Translations under genes and position numbers: made by a program | DNA from: Chiloscyllium plagiosum | Taxonomy: Eukaryota | DNA: 64,000 bases | NCBI RefSeq assembly: GCF_004010195.1 | Contig: NC_057757.1 | Location: 8,753,014-8,817,013, forward strand | Direction of reading: 5' to 3' | Part shown: in pieces, positions 60,607 to 64,000 of the stretch | Position numbering within the stretch: position 1 is the stretch's first letter | Layout: each line of letters begins with the position of its first letter | The notes under the pieces: generated by a model | The model's database searches: none | Told to the model about the DNA's origin: nothing | Seen by the model: only the letters and a program-made list of their open reading frames with translations

Positions 60607-62163
60607 CAGATACATCACCGACCTCCCCCTTACTGTCACTTTCCATCACATACATCCCCAATCTCTGCGTTATTGTCACTGCACATCAGATACATCACTG
60701 ACTTCCCCCTGACTGTCATTGTCCATCAAATACATCACTGACCTACCTCTTGCTGTCATTGTCCATCGGATACATCACAGACCTCTCCCTTACTGGCACT
60801 GTCCATCAGATACATCACTGACTTCCCCCTGACTGTCACTGTCCATCAAATACATCACTGACCTACCTCTTGCTGTCATTGTCCATCGGATACATCACAG
60901 ACCTCTCCCTTACTGGCACTGTCTGTGCAGATTCCTCACTGACCTCCCTTTAATATCACTGTCCATCAGATACATCACCGACCTCACCCTTACTGTCACT
61001 TTCCATCACATACATCCCCAATCTCCGCGTTATTGTCACTGTCCATTAGATACATCACTGACCACCCTTTACTGTCACTGTTCATCAAATATATCCCTGA
61101 CATCCCTCAATCCATCACTGTCCATTAGATACATCACTGACCTCCTCCTTACAGTCACTGTCCAACAGATACATCATTGTCCTCTCCCTTACTGTCACTG
61201 CACATCAGAAACATCACTGACCTCACCCTTACTGTCACTGTCCATCAGCAATATCACTGACCTAACCCTTACTGTTACTGTACACCAATTACATCACTGA
61301 CCTCCCCCAGACTGATACTGTCCATCAAAGGATTCACTGACCTCCCCCTTACTCTCACTGTCCATCAGGTACATCACTAACCTACCTCTTGCTCTCATTG
61401 TCCATCAGATACATCACTGACTGTCACTGTCCGTCCAGATACATCACTGACCTCCCTCTTAATGTCACTGTCCATCAAATACATCACTGACATCCCTCAT
61501 TCCGTCACTGTCCATTAGATACATCAGTGACCTTCACATTACAGTTACTATCCATCAGATACATCACTGACATCTCTCTTACTGTCACTGCACATCAGAT
61601 ACATCACTGACCACCCATTTACTGTCACTGTCCATTAGATGCATCACTGAGCTTCCGCTTACTGACACTTTTCATCAGATACATCACAGAACTCTCTCTT
61701 ACTGTCACTGACATCAGATACATCACTGACATCACCCTTACTGTCACTGTCCATCAGATGCATCACTGAAATCCCCCTTACTGTCACTGTCCAACAGATA
61801 CATCACTGACCTCCCTCCTAGTGACACTGTCCATCAGATACATCACTCCCCACCCCTTACTCTCACTGTTCATCAGATGCATCACTGAAATCCCTCTTAC
61901 TGTCACTAACCATCAGCTATATTACTGAAGTAACCCTTACTGTTACTGTACATCAGGTACATCACTGACCTCCCCCCGACTGTCACTGTCCATCAGATAT
62001 ATCACTGACCTACCCATTGCTGTCACTGTCCATCAGATACATCACTGATCACTCCTTACTGCCACTGTTCATCAAATATATCTCTGACATCCCTCATTCC
62101 GTCACTGTCCATCAGATACATCACTGACCTCCGCCTTACACTTACTGTCTATCAGATACATTA

Positions 62164-62221
62164 CTGGATCAGTGGTGGTGGAAGAGCACAGCAGTTCAGG
62201 CAGCATCTAACGAGCAGCCTT
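62164..62221 (-). mobile_element. Tiny Penelope terminal fragment inserted in satellite B
   Basis: CTGGATCAGTGGTGGTGGAAGAGCACAGCAGTTCAGGCAGCATC matches 41167-41209; flanked by a 10-bp repeat AGATACATTA (62154-62163, 62222-62231). Confidence 0.8.
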
Positions 62222-64000
62222 AGATACATTATTGACCTACCGCTTACTGTCACTGCCCATCAGAAACATTATTGACCTCCCCTTACTGTCACTGTTCAAC
62301 AGATACATCACTGACCAACCTCTTAGTATCACTGTCCATCAGATACATCGCTGACCACCCATTACTGTCACTGTACATCAGGTACAACACTGACCTCCCC
62401 AGACTGTCACTGTCCATCAGAGGCTTCAATGACTTCCCCCTTACTGTAACTGTTGATCAGATACATCACTGACCTACCTCTTGCTGTCATTGTCCATCAG
62501 ACACATCACTGACCTCTCCCTTCCTGTCACTCTCCGTCCAGGTACATCACTGACCTCACTCTTAAGGTCACTGTCCATCAGGTACATCACTGACCACTCC
62601 TGACTATCACTGTCCATCAAATACATCCCTGACATTCCTCATTCCATCACTGTCCATCAGATATATCAATGACCTTGGCCTTACTGTCACTGTACATCAG
62701 ATACATGGCTGACCTCCCGCTTAATGTCACTGTCCAACAGATTCATCACTGACCTCCCTATTAGTGTCACTGTACATCAGATACATCACTAACCTCTTCC
62801 TTACTGTCACTGTTCACCAGATACATCACTGACCTCCCCCTTAATGTCACTGAACATCAGATACATCACTAAACTCCCCCTTACTGTCACTGTCCATCAG
62901 GTACATCACTGACCTCCCCCTTACTGTCACTGTCCATCAGCAAAATCACTGACCTCCCCCTTACTGTCACTGTCCATCAGATACATCACTGACCTCTCCC
63001 TTACCGTCACTGTCCATCAGCTAAATCACTGACCTTCCCCCTTTCTGTCACTGTACATCAGGTACATCACTGACCTCCCCCTTACTGTCAGTCTCCATCA
63101 GATACATCACTGACCTCCCCCTTACTGTCACTGTCCATCAGATACATCACTGACCTCCCCCTTACTGTCACTATCAGACACATCACTGACCTACCTCTTG
63201 CTGTCATTGTCCATCAGACACATCACTGACCTCTCCCTTCCTGTCACTGGCCATCAAGATACATCACTGACATCCCTCTTTATGTCATTGTCCATCAGAT
63301 ACCTCACCAACCACCCCTTACTGTCACTGTCCATCAAATAAATCCCTGACATTCCTCATTCCGTCACTGTCCATCACATACATCAATGACATTGGCCTTA
63401 CTGTCACTTCATCAGATACATGACTGACCACCCGCTTACTGACACCGTCTATCAGAAACATCTTTGACCTCATCCTTACTGTCACTGTCCATCAGGTACA
63501 TCACTGACCTCCCCCTTACTGTCACTATTCATCAGAGACATCACTGGCTTCCCCCTGACTGTCGCTGTCCATCAGATACATCACTGACCTCCTCCTTACT
63601 GTCACTGTCCATTAGATACATCACTGACCTCTCTCTTACTGTCACTGTCCATCAGGTACATCACTGGCCTGCCACTTATTGTCACTGTCCATCAGATACA
63701 TCACTGACCTCCCCCTTACTGTCATTGTCCCACAGATACATCACTGACCTCCCTCTTACTGTCACAGTCCATCAGATACATCACTGACCTCGCTCTTATT
63801 GTCACTGTCCATCATATACATCATTGACCTCCACCTTACTGTCACTGTCCATCGGATACCTCACTGGCCTCCCCCTTACTGTCACTGTCCATCAGATACA
63901 TCACTGTCCTCCTTGTTACTGTCACAGTCCATCAGATACATCACTGGCCTCCCCCTTACTATCAATGTCCATCAGATACGTCACTGACCTCACTGCTACT

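Larger units (their letters stand above)
59070..64000. repeat. Minisatellite array B, 40-bp unit (CATCAGATACATCACTGACCTCCCCCTTACTGTCACTGTC)
   Basis: Exact 40-bp period (59241 vs 59281), continuing to the window end. Confidence 0.97.

Noticed and set aside
59949..60741. Long ORFs of 185-250 aa
   Set aside because: Artefacts of reading through the N gap.

Overview
Eukaryotic, repeat-dense DNA, most likely from a cartilaginous fish (shark). This is inferred from HE1/V-SINEs, HER1/CR1-type LINEs, shark-type Penelope termini and GPR139/GPR142-like receptors. Two minisatellite arrays bracket the window: a 43-bp unit at 1-7885 and a 40-bp unit at ~59070-64000, the latter with a 500-N gap. Between them is a small minus-strand tandem cluster of class A orphan GPCRs. 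One gene is a complete two-exon model (exon 1 51361-51409, exon 2 45308-46194, 311 aa, TATA box upstream). A second is an intact paralogous exon 2 (22097-22986) for which I could not find its own exon 1 and which carries changes in signalling motifs. A third is a frameshifted pseudogene (56440-57326). Most of the rest is CR1 LINE, L2/CR1-clade LINE, SINE and Penelope debris. The most notable observations are minimal hammerhead ribozyme motifs in Penelope-derived termini, a possible shared-first-exon GPCR architecture, a divergent pair of extended CTCF-like sites within an inverted duplication, and a satellite that runs seamlessly into a retroelement terminus. I found no convincing wholly new biological system; these are candidates to test. 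Repeat boundaries were judged by eye and are approximate.
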